DNA of 64,000 nucleotides from Octopus vulgaris (Eukaryota): contig OX597819.1 of assembly GCA_951406725.2 (NCBI GenBank), positions 55,180,001 to 55,244,000 on the forward strand, given 5' to 3'. Every line of letters starts with the position of its first letter. Position 1 is the stretch's first letter. The position numbers and the translations under genes are program-made. The notes beneath the pieces were generated by a model that was not told where the DNA came from, did no database searches, and worked only from the letters and a program-made list of their open reading frames with translations. This document shows positions 40,799 to 53,861 of the stretch, piece by piece.

Positions 40799-40945
40799 TT
40801 AACTGGTGATATAGTTAGGCATCGGTAGCTTAAGTCCGTCTTTCGCTTCAAAAAATGTGTAAGACAGTGTTATTGTGTCAACGTTTTCCAGTTTAGGGTC
40901 CTCCACAAAATCTGGATCAATGTAGAAAAATACTGGCATATCTAC
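40799..40945 (-). CDS. COX11: Terminal coding exon of cytochrome c oxidase assembly protein COX11 (copper chaperone)
   Basis: Encodes VDMPVFFYIDPDFVEDPKLENVDTITLSYTFFEAKDGLKLPMPNYITS*, matching the conserved COX11/CtaG C-terminus. It is preceded by a pyrimidine-rich phase-0 acceptor (gtttctgttgtcgttgcAG|GTAGATATG) and is 147 nt long (48 codons plus stop). Confidence 0.96.
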   Translation of the reverse strand, partial: VDMPVFFYIDPDFVEDPKLENVDTITLSYTFFEAKDGLKLPMPNYITS

Positions 40946-41586
40946 CTGCAACGACAACAGAAACACAACAACATTAACATTAGAAACCATTAATATTTAT
41001 GTATTACATAAATATATACATTTACATACATGTACAGGCATATGTACACAAAATCCATCCATCCATCATCATTTTAATGTCCAATTCTCCATGCTTGTAC
41101 GCGTTAAATCGAATTGGTTGAAGTGGATTTTCTATGGTTGAATGCTCTTCCTGTTGCCAACCCTCATTTGTTTTCAAGCAAAGTAATATTCCTCCATGGC
41201 TTGACATGTTTTACATGGATGATTGAAAATAAAAATGAAAATGAAAAATGCTTGTTTTACATTGTTGCGATGAAAAGGCAATGGGGTGCCCACACATATG
41301 CATACACATATATTACACAGAGACAACAGGCATCTTTCAGTTTGTGGCAATCAAATTCACTGACATGGTCAGCATGGGGATATTGTAGAAGATACTTGCC
41401 TAAGGTCCAGCACAATGGGACTAAAACCAGAGCCAAATGGATGCAAAACAAGTTTCTTAATTGCACATCCATATGTTTGTGTATGTATATATATATATAT
41501 ATATACACATATATACATACATATACATACACAAACACACATATATATATGTGTGTGTGTGTGTGTGTATATATATTCATATATGT

Positions 41587-41625
<39 letters not shown>

Positions 41626-41641
41626 CACATATATGCATAAG

Positions 41642-41672
<31 letters not shown>

Positions 41673-41706
41673 ACATATATATACACACACACACATATAT
41701 ACACGT

Positions 41707-41742
<36 letters not shown>

Positions 41743-42237
41743 GCAATATTAATAACATAGAAACTAAACAATAAGGAAGTGAACCAAATGATGAATACAA
41801 GGCTTTTTACATCACAGTTTTTTTGTTATTTTTTTACCTGAGACATGTGACTCACTGCCATTACAGCCGTTAGTTAATTTAGAACTGGATGTTCTTTGTT
41901 CTGAGGCTGATACAGCTTGTAGGTACAGGTACAGCTGGGTGGTTAAGAAGTTTATTTTCCAACCACATGGTTTCTGGTTCAGTCCATAGTGTGGTACACT
42001 AGGCAAATATCTTTTACTATAGCTTCGGGATGGATGAAACCCTGTAGGAGGATTTGGTAAATGGAAACTAAAAGAAGCTCATCATCATCATCATCATCAT
42101 CATCATTTAGTGATTGTTTTCCATTCTGGCATGGGTTGGACAGTTCGACTGGAGTAGACCAGCCAGAGAGCTGCACCAGGCTCCAATTGTCTGTTTTGTC
42201 ATAGTTTCTGTCTGGACATCCTTCCTATATTGTATAA

Positions 42238-42273
<36 letters not shown>

Positions 42274-43869
42274 ATGTGTTTTTGTACCTCGTTACCTTGA
42301 CATCATGTGACAGTTGTAAATGTTATCTCTGTCATACAAGCAATATTTATTCATCACCAATACCTCTGCAAGAATCTATCCAGCCATCAAGGAAACTACT
42401 TTGCTTGGAAACAGGAGGTGAGGGTTGGTGACAGGAAGGGCATCCAGCTATAGAAAATTTGACTTGATATGGTCTGTCTGACCCAGGTAAACAGGGAAAA
42501 GTGGATGTTAAATTGACGCTTGAGATTATGTAATGAACAAATACAATACACAACATTTTTCAAACCCCAAATCCCCAAATCAATCAATCAAAATAGAAAA
42601 AACAATTAGTGAATTACACTGAAAATTAATCAGCTAATTTTTAATATCATTTTCTTTGAATATCAGGAAAATTGCTAAAAATATCTTTTGGCAAATTACA
42701 GAATATTATTGCTGTATAATTGCTTAGATAGAATATTAGGTATGTTGTTGAACAAGTTACAGGAGAAGAATAATAAATTGGTTGAAAAAGTGGTTTTAAC
42801 TTGTGTAACATACTATTCTGAAAGGTAGAACAGATAATATGACAGTCTTCATCTTTGAGGAAATGAAAGAAAAATAAAAGTTATAAAATGGCAACTGTCT
42901 AAGAAAGAGCATTGTTGAGAAAAACCCCCCACAATAAGCTGATGCTTCTAAACAAAAATAACATGTATTTGTTCTGCTCAATCTTGATATTGTGGTAAAA
43001 ATGTAAATGTAGTGAGCTAGTGATTGGTTCTTCTGTCGAAATTAATTCTATAACTACTGGCACTATTGTTCACAAAATGCGATATAAAATGCATAAATAA
43101 AAAAATGTGAAAATATTTAAAAGAACAAACTACTCTACTGCTTATGGTTAATGTTTTACCAGAAATATAGTTGCTAGCTATTTAACAATACATGAAAACT
43201 GTTATATTCATTTTGTATTCATTTCTTGAGGTGACAGAATTTTCATAGCACCTCCATGACTTGGCCATTTGCCCAATCCACTGCAAGTGTTCGAAAATCA
43301 GTTGCAGGCTTGTTTTTATAAACCTTATTATTCCACTTCCTTCCTTTCTTTCTTTCTTTCTTTCTTTATTTATTTTTTGCTGACCTTTCAAACATAAGGG
43401 TCTACAGTATACTTGCTTGACCTTTTGATCTGAGCCACTATTAGTCATTTTTAGGTTCATATATTGATAATTCCTCTATGTATATAAATATGTATGCAAA
43501 GGAATTGAACCTAAGAATGACTAATGGCAGCCCAGATCAAACAGTCCATAACATCTATTGGTGCCATGTCAAAGACACAAAAAAAGCAAGTAAAATACAC
43601 TCTTGAGACCAATAAAACCTCATCAGTATTTAATTTTCAAAAGTGTCAGGAGTATTGAATCAGTGACCAGGTTATACAAGTAAGACAAAAATTTTAACAT
43701 CTCAAAAAAAAAACAAAAAAAAAAACATAGAATCACTATAACATTATTTGTGAGTTCTTAAAAGGCTAAAATGGTTTTTCCATGATGTAATATATAATTA
43801 CTTCAAGTCCAACATGTAGTCTCTGATCAAAATAAATTGTTAGCTAGATTATAGAAATATTTCATATTA

Positions 43870-44085
43870 TTCTTTTCCACTCTAGGCACAAGGCCCGAAA
43901 TTTTTTGGGAGGGGGCCAGTCAATTAGATCAACACCAGTACACAACTGGTACTTAATTTATCAACCCCGAAAGATGAATGGCAAAGTTAACCTCGGTGGA
44001 ATTTGAACTCAGAACATAAAGACAGATGAAGTACCGCTAAGCATTTTGTCTGGCATGCTAATGTTTCTGCCAGCTCGCTGCCTTC
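43870..44085 (-). mobile_element. Family B SINE, full length
   Basis: Complete head, Nin-like core and tail ccttgtgcctagagtggaaaagaata. Confidence 0.8.
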
Positions 44086-44221
44086 TAATTTCATATTAAT
44101 GTATGTGTAATGAAGTAAATGATAATTAGAAACTATATGGATTATAATTATTATCATATTAGAAACTTATTAAAATTAAGGCTAAGCTTAATCCCTTCTG
44201 AAGGATATGGATCTGTTAGAT

Positions 44222-44465
44222 CAGTGGTTTTCAACCATTTTTTTAATTATCAATGGACCCTTTTTTATCTAAAGGCCCCTGATAAGTCATTTGGTGTTTA
44301 AAAAATCCTGTTATGTTTTTATAATTAAATATTGTTATGAATTGTATAAAAAAAGATTATTGAAATATTTTGAGTATTATAGGAGCATAACCAATTTGCT
44401 GCACATAAACAACAAAAACTTCTGTGGGCCCCAAGGGTTAAATGGACACTAGTGGAGAAGCACTG
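44222..44465. mobile_element. hAT (Charlie-like) MITE
   Basis: Ends cagtggttttcaacc / agtggagaagcactg; 8-bp TSD tgttagat/ggttagat. Confidence 0.75.
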
Positions 44466-47400
44466 GGTTAGATCCTGGATAATTTCTTGTTTATGTGATG
44501 TAAGGATGATTAGAGATAAATCACCCTTTCATAGGCGACTGAACTGTTATAGCAGGGATTGGTTGTTTTATGTAGAAGACACTGATCAAAAGAAAAAAAA
44601 AAACAAAAACAAAAGCATAATACTATTCCATTCTATTATAATACCATTTCTTGCAACACTTGAATCACTTCTACTGTTTGACCAAAATACCTGTTTGACC
44701 AATATACTTAGTTCTATCAAGAAATAAATATATCAGTCACAGACACAATGCTGCACTGGTGACAGGATATGAACTGGCCGCCGTCCTATCAATTTAGCCA
44801 CCACCTGCATCAGCTATCCGAGTTAAACAGTACACTAGAAAATCAATGGATTAACTATAATGCCAAATATTGGATTACTAACAGGATAAACAAGCACGCT
44901 GCACTGATTTGTCTAAATTGGCAAAGAAAATAAAAAACAAAAGACTCAAATGTGACCCACTTAAGCCTTTGTTTGGCACAAGGGTTTGGACCCCACTTTT
45001 TTTAGTGCAAGTCACAAGTTCATAAAAAGTTGTAAAAGTGCACCTGTACTGAGAAAAATAATGAATCTTTAATTTTAGAAATTAATAGGTATGTAATTTG
45101 TATTAAATTGCTATTCAGGGTTTTAAATTGGGATTTTCACCTAGACATTTAGAGACTTCATCAGTAGTTGATTTAAAATTTGAATTTGGATAAAATTTTG
45201 CCTGTGAGTGAGGGGTTTTCCCCACCTTTAGTATAGCATATGTACTAATCAAATAACTATTTCAAATTTTGCCACCAGGCCAGCAATTTTAGTGAGAGAG
45301 GGTTAGTTGATTACATCAACTCCCAGCATTTGAGTGCTACTTTATTTTATTGACCCCATAAGGATGAAAGACATACATATATATATATATATGTATGAAT
45401 GTGTGTGCATATGTTTGTCTCCCCAACACCGCTTGACGGCCGATGCTGGTGTGTTTACGTCCCTGTAACTTAGTGGTTTGGCAAATGAGACCAATAGAAT
45501 AAGTACTAGGCTTACAAAGAATAAGTCCTGGGGTCGATTTGCTCGACTAAAGGTGGTGCTCCAGCATGGCCACAGTCAAATGACTGAAACAAGTAAAAGA
45601 GTAAAAGAGTAAAGAGAGTATATATAGACATACACACACACCTTTCATCATCATCATCATTTAACGTTCATTTACATATATATCCTCGTTTTTTTTAATT
45701 TATTATTTCATCTTCGTCATCATCATTTAATGTTCATTTATATATATATACGTATCTATATATGGATGGGAAAAATGTCTAATGTAATTTTCAGTATCCA
45801 AGTTGTCACAAATGTTGCAAAGCTTTCATTTCAGCATTTCCTACTTTTAGCTTCAAGAATTTCACTCACTGCGATGTTTAGATTTTGAAGATGGAATTAG
45901 AACCTATTTGCATGCGTGGGAGAATTGACATTATATGACCCACCCCTAAAAAGGAAATGTTGTTCAAGTCTTGCAAACATCATCATCATCATCGCTATCA
46001 TCTCCATCATTATCATCATCGTCACCATTTTTGTCAGCATTAGCATCATCAGCATTGACAACACCAATAAAGATGTCTCAAAGTTTATTCTTCATATCTC
46101 GTCAGATGGGTTTTGCTCAATTACATACAACTGTATGACGCCAACCTATTCCAAATCAGATCAACTCTCTATAAAGCTGTAACTCCAAAACACGTGATTT
46201 TTTTGCCAGCCTTTCAGCTGTGTAACTATAAAATACAGGACATTTTACAAATGTTTATCCCTGACTAAGGTCAATATTGATACAAGAAAGCCACCTAATA
46301 AAGGTCAATAATAATACACGCAAAACTACCTACCCAATAAGGAGAAATAAAACATTCCAAACAAAGAATAAAGAACAATACCAAAGAAGGAAAAAGATTT
46401 GCTGAATATCTACAATGAGTCATAAAGAGTAAAAAAAAATCATACTGAGTGCCTTATTTGACTTTTTGTTCTGCCTCAAAATAGTTGCAGCATTTTCTAA
46501 ATTGCAAAAGTTCATAAAACTTAACCCTTTTGTTACCAATCCATCTGAGACTATTTCTGACTCTATGATGAAAAAAAAAATAAATAAATGTTGCCCTTTT
46601 CAAGCCTAGCCAGGCTCATGGGCCCAGTTTCCCGGTTTCTGTGGCATATGTATTCCCCCCCACCCAGCTCGATGGGACACCAGTCCATCGCAGTGTTACT
46701 CAAGAAACAGGAAGAGAGAGTGAGAGAAAGTTGTGGCAAAACAGTACAACAGAGGTCGCCACCACCTACTAACAGAGCCTCATGGAGCTTTTAGGTGTTT
46801 TCGCTCAATAAACACACACAATGCCTGGTCTGGGAATCGAAACTGCAATCCTCCGACCATGAGTCCGCTGTACTAACCACTGGGCCATTGCGCCTCCACT
46901 GACTCTATGATACAAGAAAATTATTGTTTCAAATTATTCATATTTAACCCTTTCTAATTACTAATTCACTTGAGACCACCCTTGGTTCTTTGACAAAAAC
47001 TTCCTGTTTTAAAAATTATCTAAATTATATTTTTCCATTAAAATTTTATGTTAATTTATATTTCACACATTGTCTTAATAATGACAAAATTAGCTAAGTT
47101 TGTCAAAGTCCTTCTTTCTGGTCTGTCTTGGGCAACAAAATAACTTTGACGAATCTAGCTAATAGATTAATTGATAGATTAATCAAACAAATGATGAGAT
47201 AATTGGCTAATTAACAAAATTATTTAACTAAATCATTCAATATTTTAAAAATCAGTTGAAATAAAGGTAGTGTATAGCAACAAAAATATGAAAACAACAG
47301 GGGTAAATTAAAATCTTCCACCAGTTTTGACTAAGGACTGTTTACATTATGTTCCTGATGTCAACTTTATAACAGAAAAAGAATGATTGTTTAACTAAAT

Positions 47401-47481
47401 AGTCCAAAATTCTTGATTATTTTCAAAATTAATTGAAGTACAAAGGTAGCATTCATTAGGAATATTGTCATGAGAGGGTTA

Positions 47482-47868
47482 CTCTCTTTTTTACTTGTTT
47501 CAGTCATTTGACTGTGGCCATGCTGGAGCACCACCCAGAACTTATTCTTTGTAAGCCTAGTACTTGTTCTATCAGTTTCTTTTGCCAAACCGCTAAGTTA
47601 TGGGGACGCAAACACACCACCATCAGTTGTCAAGCGATGTTGGGGGGACAAACACAGACACACAAACATATACAAACACATACATATATATATGCATACA
47701 TACGACGGGCTTCTTTCAGTTTCCGTCTACCAAATCCACTCACAAGGTTTTGGTCAGCCCGAGGCTATAGTAGAAGACACTCGCCCAAGGTGCCACACAG
47801 TGGGAATGAACCTAGAACCATGTGGTTGGTAAGCAAGCTACTTACCATACAGCCACTCCTGCGCCTAC
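47482..47868 (-). mobile_element. Family A SINE
   Basis: Aligns to the family. Other copies at about 53651-54110(+), 54722-54997(-), 55630-55907(-), 59900-60310(-), 61620-62020(-), 62210-62515(+) and 63715-64000(-). Confidence 0.85.
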
Positions 47869-48031
47869 AGTTAATGGCTAGTTTGTTTATAGGAGAGAAA
47901 GTATGAGAGGGAGAAACCTCCACTAGAATAGAACGTGATCTACCTAGGTATAGCTTTGCTTGCTATGCATGTTAAGAAAGCTATTACTGATGTCAAGGGT
48001 AACTAGAGACAAAAACCACACAGACCTTCTA

Positions 48032-48064
<33 letters not shown>

Positions 48065-48469
48065 CACACACAAGCAAGCACAAAGAAAATGAACTGAAAT
48101 GCAAATAGAGAAGACCACTCAATGAAATCCAAACATAAGAGAGAACAACTGAGGAGCATGGGACAATAAAAACCTTACAGATTTGTATTATTGAACTGAA
48201 ACAAAAGAGAGGAAACACCATTTTAAGGAAAAGGGGGTGTCTGCTGAGTCACGGGGTCAGGAGAGAGAGAACAGCACAAAGCACGCTTTGTTAGAGGAAC
48301 AACAACCTGTTATATTGACTATTTCATGAGAGGATGATTCAATTCATGCAGTTTTATTGTTTTCATTTTGTCATTGTACCCTGTGGAAACACACACACAC
48401 ACATGAAGATCAAGGGAGCATAAAACTAGAGTCATGGGATAAATTTAATTTTTAAATGAACTCTACATA

Positions 48470-49552
48470 TACAGGTTGTGGTGAACATATTGTTGCCTAT
48501 ATTACGCAAAAATGAAAATAACACTGACATCTCATTTTAACAGATATATTTACCAAAATTGCATGAAAATATCCTGAAATACTAAAGGGTAGATTTATTC
48601 AATAAAATCACCAGTGGCTTCGATTACAGCCTCCAGACGACTTCAGAATCTCCTGCAACTCTTCTGGGTGGTCTCCTTGTTTAAGTTAGTGAATGCTGCC
48701 ATAATCCTTGCCTTCAGTTCATCTTTGGTGTTACAAGGAATTCTGTTGGTCTCTTGCTCAACTGTATCTATCTATCTATCCGCTCAGTCGAAGTCGACTC
48801 TCGGTTACTCGTTGGACCAGTGTCCTCCAGTTAGTTCTATCCTGGGCCGCTTCTTTCAGATTGGTTATGTCCATTCCGGTATCACTCTTGATGTTGTCAA
48901 GCCAGCGGGTTCTTGGTCGGCCTCTTCCTCTCTTGCCACTGACCATTCCGAGCATGTACTTCACACATAATAACCAAGGGGGTTGTAGTCTGGGGAATTA
49001 GGTGGCCAGATGTTAGGGGAGATGTGGTCACAGAAATTGTCTGACAGCCATGGCTGGGTTCTCCTGCTTGTGTGGCATGGTGCAGGGTCCTGTTGCTACA
49101 CATAGGATCTTCCAGCAGCCACCCTCATGACCCAAGGTAGCCCTACCTCCTTCAGGCACTTGATGCAGGCCTCTGTGTTCAGTCTGAAACCGTGTGAGAA
49201 GATGAATGGAGGCATAATGTCACCATCACTAGTGATCACTCCAACACCATGATGTTGACTGGATGTTTGACTGTTATCACTCTCAGCACATGTTTTGGGG
49301 ACACGGCAAGCCAATGGTTATTTTGTGTGTTCACCATCTGTTTGTATTGGAGCATCCAGCATGAATGCCAAGCAGTACAACATATCATTTCCAAATTTCT
49401 GGTAGAGTGAATTAAATCATGGTGCTGTTTTTCTCACAGATGGTGCCAAACTGACCCTACTATACTGTGTAGTCGACAAAATCAAAAACAAGCAATGTGC
49501 ATGCATGAAATTAAAAATATAAAATGGTGACAATTTATCCATTGCATCCTAT
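48470..49552 (-). mobile_element. Defective maT-type (DD37D) Tc1/mariner transposon
   Basis: GVITSDGDIMPPFIF...QQDPAPCHTS...WPPNSPDYNPL(G). The third catalytic position follows 37 residues and is mutated to GGT. Degenerate TIR-like ends at about 48470 and 49550. Confidence 0.8.
48765..48964 (-). mobile_element. RTE (BovB-like) 3' fragment nested in the maT element
   Basis: MLGMVSGKRGRGRPRTRWLDNIK...AAQDRTNWRTLVQRVTESRLRLSG* followed by a (GATA)n tail. Confidence 0.85.
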
Positions 49553-49748
49553 ATATGTAGCCATGATAGATCGCTAGCCACTACACATTCTTCATTTTCT
49601 CTCCTTGTTTCTTTCTGTGTTCCTTTCTGTGGAAGAGCATAGGCTCAAAATGTTAAAGACTTTTTCACTTCCCAAGCGTTATACTAATACATATGTTTGT
49701 TGTCTACACCACCTGTCTTCGTATTTTGCATTTTTTTGTGAATTCTCG

Positions 49749-49795
<47 letters not shown>

Positions 49796-50930
49796 GAGTT
49801 AATAAAATAACATATATCAGAAAGGAGCACACTCTAAAAGGTAGAGCAGTAATTATTACAATAAAATTTTATGTAGAGTTACCCAAGTTATTTACAAAGC
49901 CAAAGCTTTAAAAATATCTACGTTGTGTGTGTGTGTGTATATATATTTTATTGATAGAAGATACAGAGTAACTCAAGGGCTAACACTTTCATACATAGGC
50001 AAAATTCTCTGCTCTAGACTCACTCTGTTACTTCTTTCTGCCAATTAACACTATGTATGCGTGTATTTATATACACAAACACATGTTCATATACAAGCAC
50101 ACATACTTACAAACACCACAGATGTTTGTTTTTTGTTTTTTTTATATTTTTTAGTCTACACCAGTTTATATTCTTCCCTATTTTTATAATCTTCGCAATC
50201 TTTAATATATTCATAGAAATACATCAATATTTGTCTGTAAGTTGGTTTGTTTATGTAATTACAAGTATTGACCGTTAAATTTTATCCTCGTATCATTAGA
50301 CTGCTGTATTCTTTCTATATATTCTTCAATATATAGATTCCAAAATATATTGTCTGCTAGCATATTTTTTTCATTCTTGCATGACCATAGTAAGCATCAG
50401 AGTGTTTAGTTATGATAAAGGAATAATCTTGTTATGTAGTCCTGATATATTGTTATGTAGTCCTGGGAGAGACATTAAAACTGCAACCAGTAATGAGGTT
50501 CCAATTTGAAAATTCAGGAATTTTAGGGAACCTGAAGTATTATTTTAGATACCATTATCCTCAGGTACATCTGGACTGAGTTGACATTACCTTTTAAGGT
50601 TCCTAGTATTGAGGCTTAAGGCATACAAGACTCAGAGATAGGCTTGCCTCTAGACATGTGTCACACATTTATGTGGTGGACATGGCATGATACCATGTGA
50701 ATTGGTCCCCTGCCCAAGGGCTAAATAATCAATGTGCTGGTGGCATGTAAAAAGCACCCATTACACTCTTGGAGTGGTTAGCATTAGGAAGGTCATCCAG
50801 CCATAGAAACCATGCCAAATCAGATTGGAACATGTTGCAGCTCTCCAGCTTATCAGTTTCAGCCAAACCGTCTAACCCATGCCAGCATGGAAAACAGACG
50901 CTAAATGATGACGATGATGATGATATATAC

Positions 50931-50961
<31 letters not shown>

Positions 50962-51752
50962 CATATATATAAATATATATATATATATATATCATCATCA
51001 TCATCATCATTTAACATCCACCTTCCATGCTGGTGTAGGTGGGAATATATATATAAATATATAACTTATATATTACACACAGACACATAGAATACACAAT
51101 CACTCATGCATATACATATACAAATGAGAGGTAAACGTATTTGAGACATACAATATAATTTACTGAATTATTCAAAGGTAACCTAGTCTAATGTTTACCA
51201 GTCTTATTGCTGGTGTTCCACAAAATAACACTGAAAATCTTTAAATTACATCACATTAGACATACTAAATTACCCAAGGCTTCTTTTTACAGACTCCAAG
51301 ACATTATCAAAATGTCTGCTTAATCATTATAAACGTAGGTTTCTGGTTATAAGAAAGTTACAGATATCAAGAAACATCATTATGCTAGACTTAAAGCCTG
51401 GAATTTTAGATGTGTTTGGAAAACACTTAGTTCCACATGAGATATGCAGCTTCCATTCATGCTCTGATTAATTAAACATTTTAAATATGCCTTGTTTTCT
51501 TTTTAATGGAACTGTATGTAATTTCTAGAGGGCTCACAGAAAAGTTAATGTCAGTTTTGTTTCTTTGCGTTTTATATTTTTTGGTAAACATTTCTAGAAA
51601 ATGATTTTGAATAATCAATAGTACAAAAAAAAAAAGTAAATTTAATAATTTAAACCTACATTATTTGTAATTTAATATGTAAATATTTTTCTAAATTTTT
51701 AAAAACAAATCCCTCTTTTCTTCCTCCTCCTCCTCCCCCTCAGCATCATTGC

Positions 51753-51785
<33 letters not shown>

Positions 51786-52097
51786 TTAACATTCGTCTTC
51801 CATGCTGGTATGGATTGGGTAGTTTGACAGGAGCTGGCAAGCCAGAGGACTGCACCAAGCCTCACTGTCTGTTTTGGCATGGCTTTTACAGCTGGCTGCC
51901 CTTCCTAATGCCAACCACTTTACAGAGCAGATTGGGTGCTTTTTACATGGCACCAACACTGTCAAGATATTTTACTTCTCTGAAATATTATCCTACACAT
52001 GCAAACATTACAAAAAAACCAAAAGAAATTAAACTTCCAAATGAATGAATTCAAGAACAGTTAAGGGTATGCTAGATAGCTATGGAAGTAGACATCG

Positions 52098-52348
52098 CTA
52101 TGGGTGAGGGAATGCCAGTGGGTATGAATATGGCAAGGGATGGAAGTATGGCTGTGAGTGAGGGCAGGGCTGAGAGCAGACATGACTCTGGATGAGGATA
52201 TATCTATGAGTGCAGGCAAGGCTATAAGTGAGAACATGACTATGAGTGAAGGCAGGGCTGAGTGTATACATGACTATTGATGAAGGCATATTTATAAGTG
52301 CAAGCAAGGCTATAAGTGGGAACATGGCTGTTGGTATGGACATGAATC
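52098..52348 (+). repeat. Degenerate 18-bp minisatellite with an 88-bp higher-order duplication
   Basis: Units such as ggctataagtgagaacat, gactatgagtgaaggcag and ggctataagtgggaacat; two 88-bp copies from about 52152. Confidence 0.7.
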
Positions 52349-53810
52349 TAAGGTTTAAGAAATTCACTTTGCAACTCATCTTTTCAGAATCAATCCTGCT
52401 ACATAGAACCCTGGAAAATGTATTCTAACCTCATGGTCAACCAAAACGTTTTGAGTGAAATTTTAAGATGGAGATACTGTATGAAAGAGCAAAACACTTC
52501 TTGGGGGTAGACCCTAATCCATCATCTGAATCAACACCATCATCTGGTCCTAGGGGACCTTAAGTAGTTTCCACTATGTAGCAAGTATTTGAACCAAATA
52601 TTCACTCCACAAATCTGGAACCCTGAAAAAGGATCATATGTAATACTTTTCTCCTGAATAAACTAAAAAAATAAATAGGGATTGATTACCTTAGGATATA
52701 ATATAAAGATTTTATCTAATGATCTTGTGATGAATAAACCATTATCTAATCCTCTCAGGTACTGTACCTACATTGAAATTATTAGTAAGATTTCTGAGTT
52801 TGGATCTTCCTTCACTAATTCAGAATCCTAAAGTAATATTAACTGATCAAAATTCCCATTGTACACAGTAAACTGGGTAGGTTCAGTGTGACCTGCGTGA
52901 GGAATGCAAGGTGATTAATTACAACCCATCCACCTCCGTTGCCACCACCTCCACCACCATCATCCATTGACATTGTTGTTTGCACATAACTGCTTTCAAG
53001 ATACAAAAGAAAATGTCAGCAGTCTTCCGGAAACAACCAACGAAGGCGCTGGGGTGGTGATGAGGGGGGAGGGGTAGATAGGACTGTGTGTATCTACTGC
53101 ATGTAAAAAATAGTCCCGTGTCAACAGAGACCATTGTGTGTGTACTCAGACTGCATGTGATATTTATTCTAAAGGGAATCAAAGAGTCTGTGACGATCGC
53201 AAAATAAACAACGAAAATAGCCAACCAGGGAGGGAGCCTCTGCATGGTCAACCAGTTGGCGTGCTAGAAATAACAGCAAAAATCCCCCCCAAAATCACAC
53301 ACACTCACCCCTGATATCTTGAAATCGATAAAGGAGAACAACACACTGGATAATATAGCCCAGGGTACACAACACCTGTTTATTCTTTTACATGCTTTAC
53401 TCATAAAACTAATACAAGCAGAACACAAGTGACCATGTTGGATCAGCATGACTAATTCTTTTACTTGTTGGCCCTGCTGGAGCAATGCCTTGAAGTGAGA
53501 TCTCAACCATAGCTCTGAGGGACACTACAACAGCACTAAGAACCATGATAACAAACAAGAAAACTTAACATAGATTTAAATTTTGATATTTAGTATCATT
53601 ACAAGAATTAACTTTCAATAAGTTCTCTATTTGTTACTTTTTTTTTAATCAGGTGCAGGCATGGCTGTGTGATAAGAAACTTGCTTTCCCAACCACATAG
53701 TTCCGGGTTCAGTTCCACAGCGTGGCACCTTGGGCAGGTGTCTTCTATTATAGCTTCGGGCCAACCAAAGCCTTATGAGTGAATTTGGTAGATGGAAACT
53801 GAACGAAGCC

Positions 53811-53861
<51 letters not shown>

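Noticed and set aside
42796-42981. CYFCLE peptide as the missing COX11 CFCFEEQ exon
   Set aside because: Flanking residues do not match COX11 and no fitting splice sites were seen.
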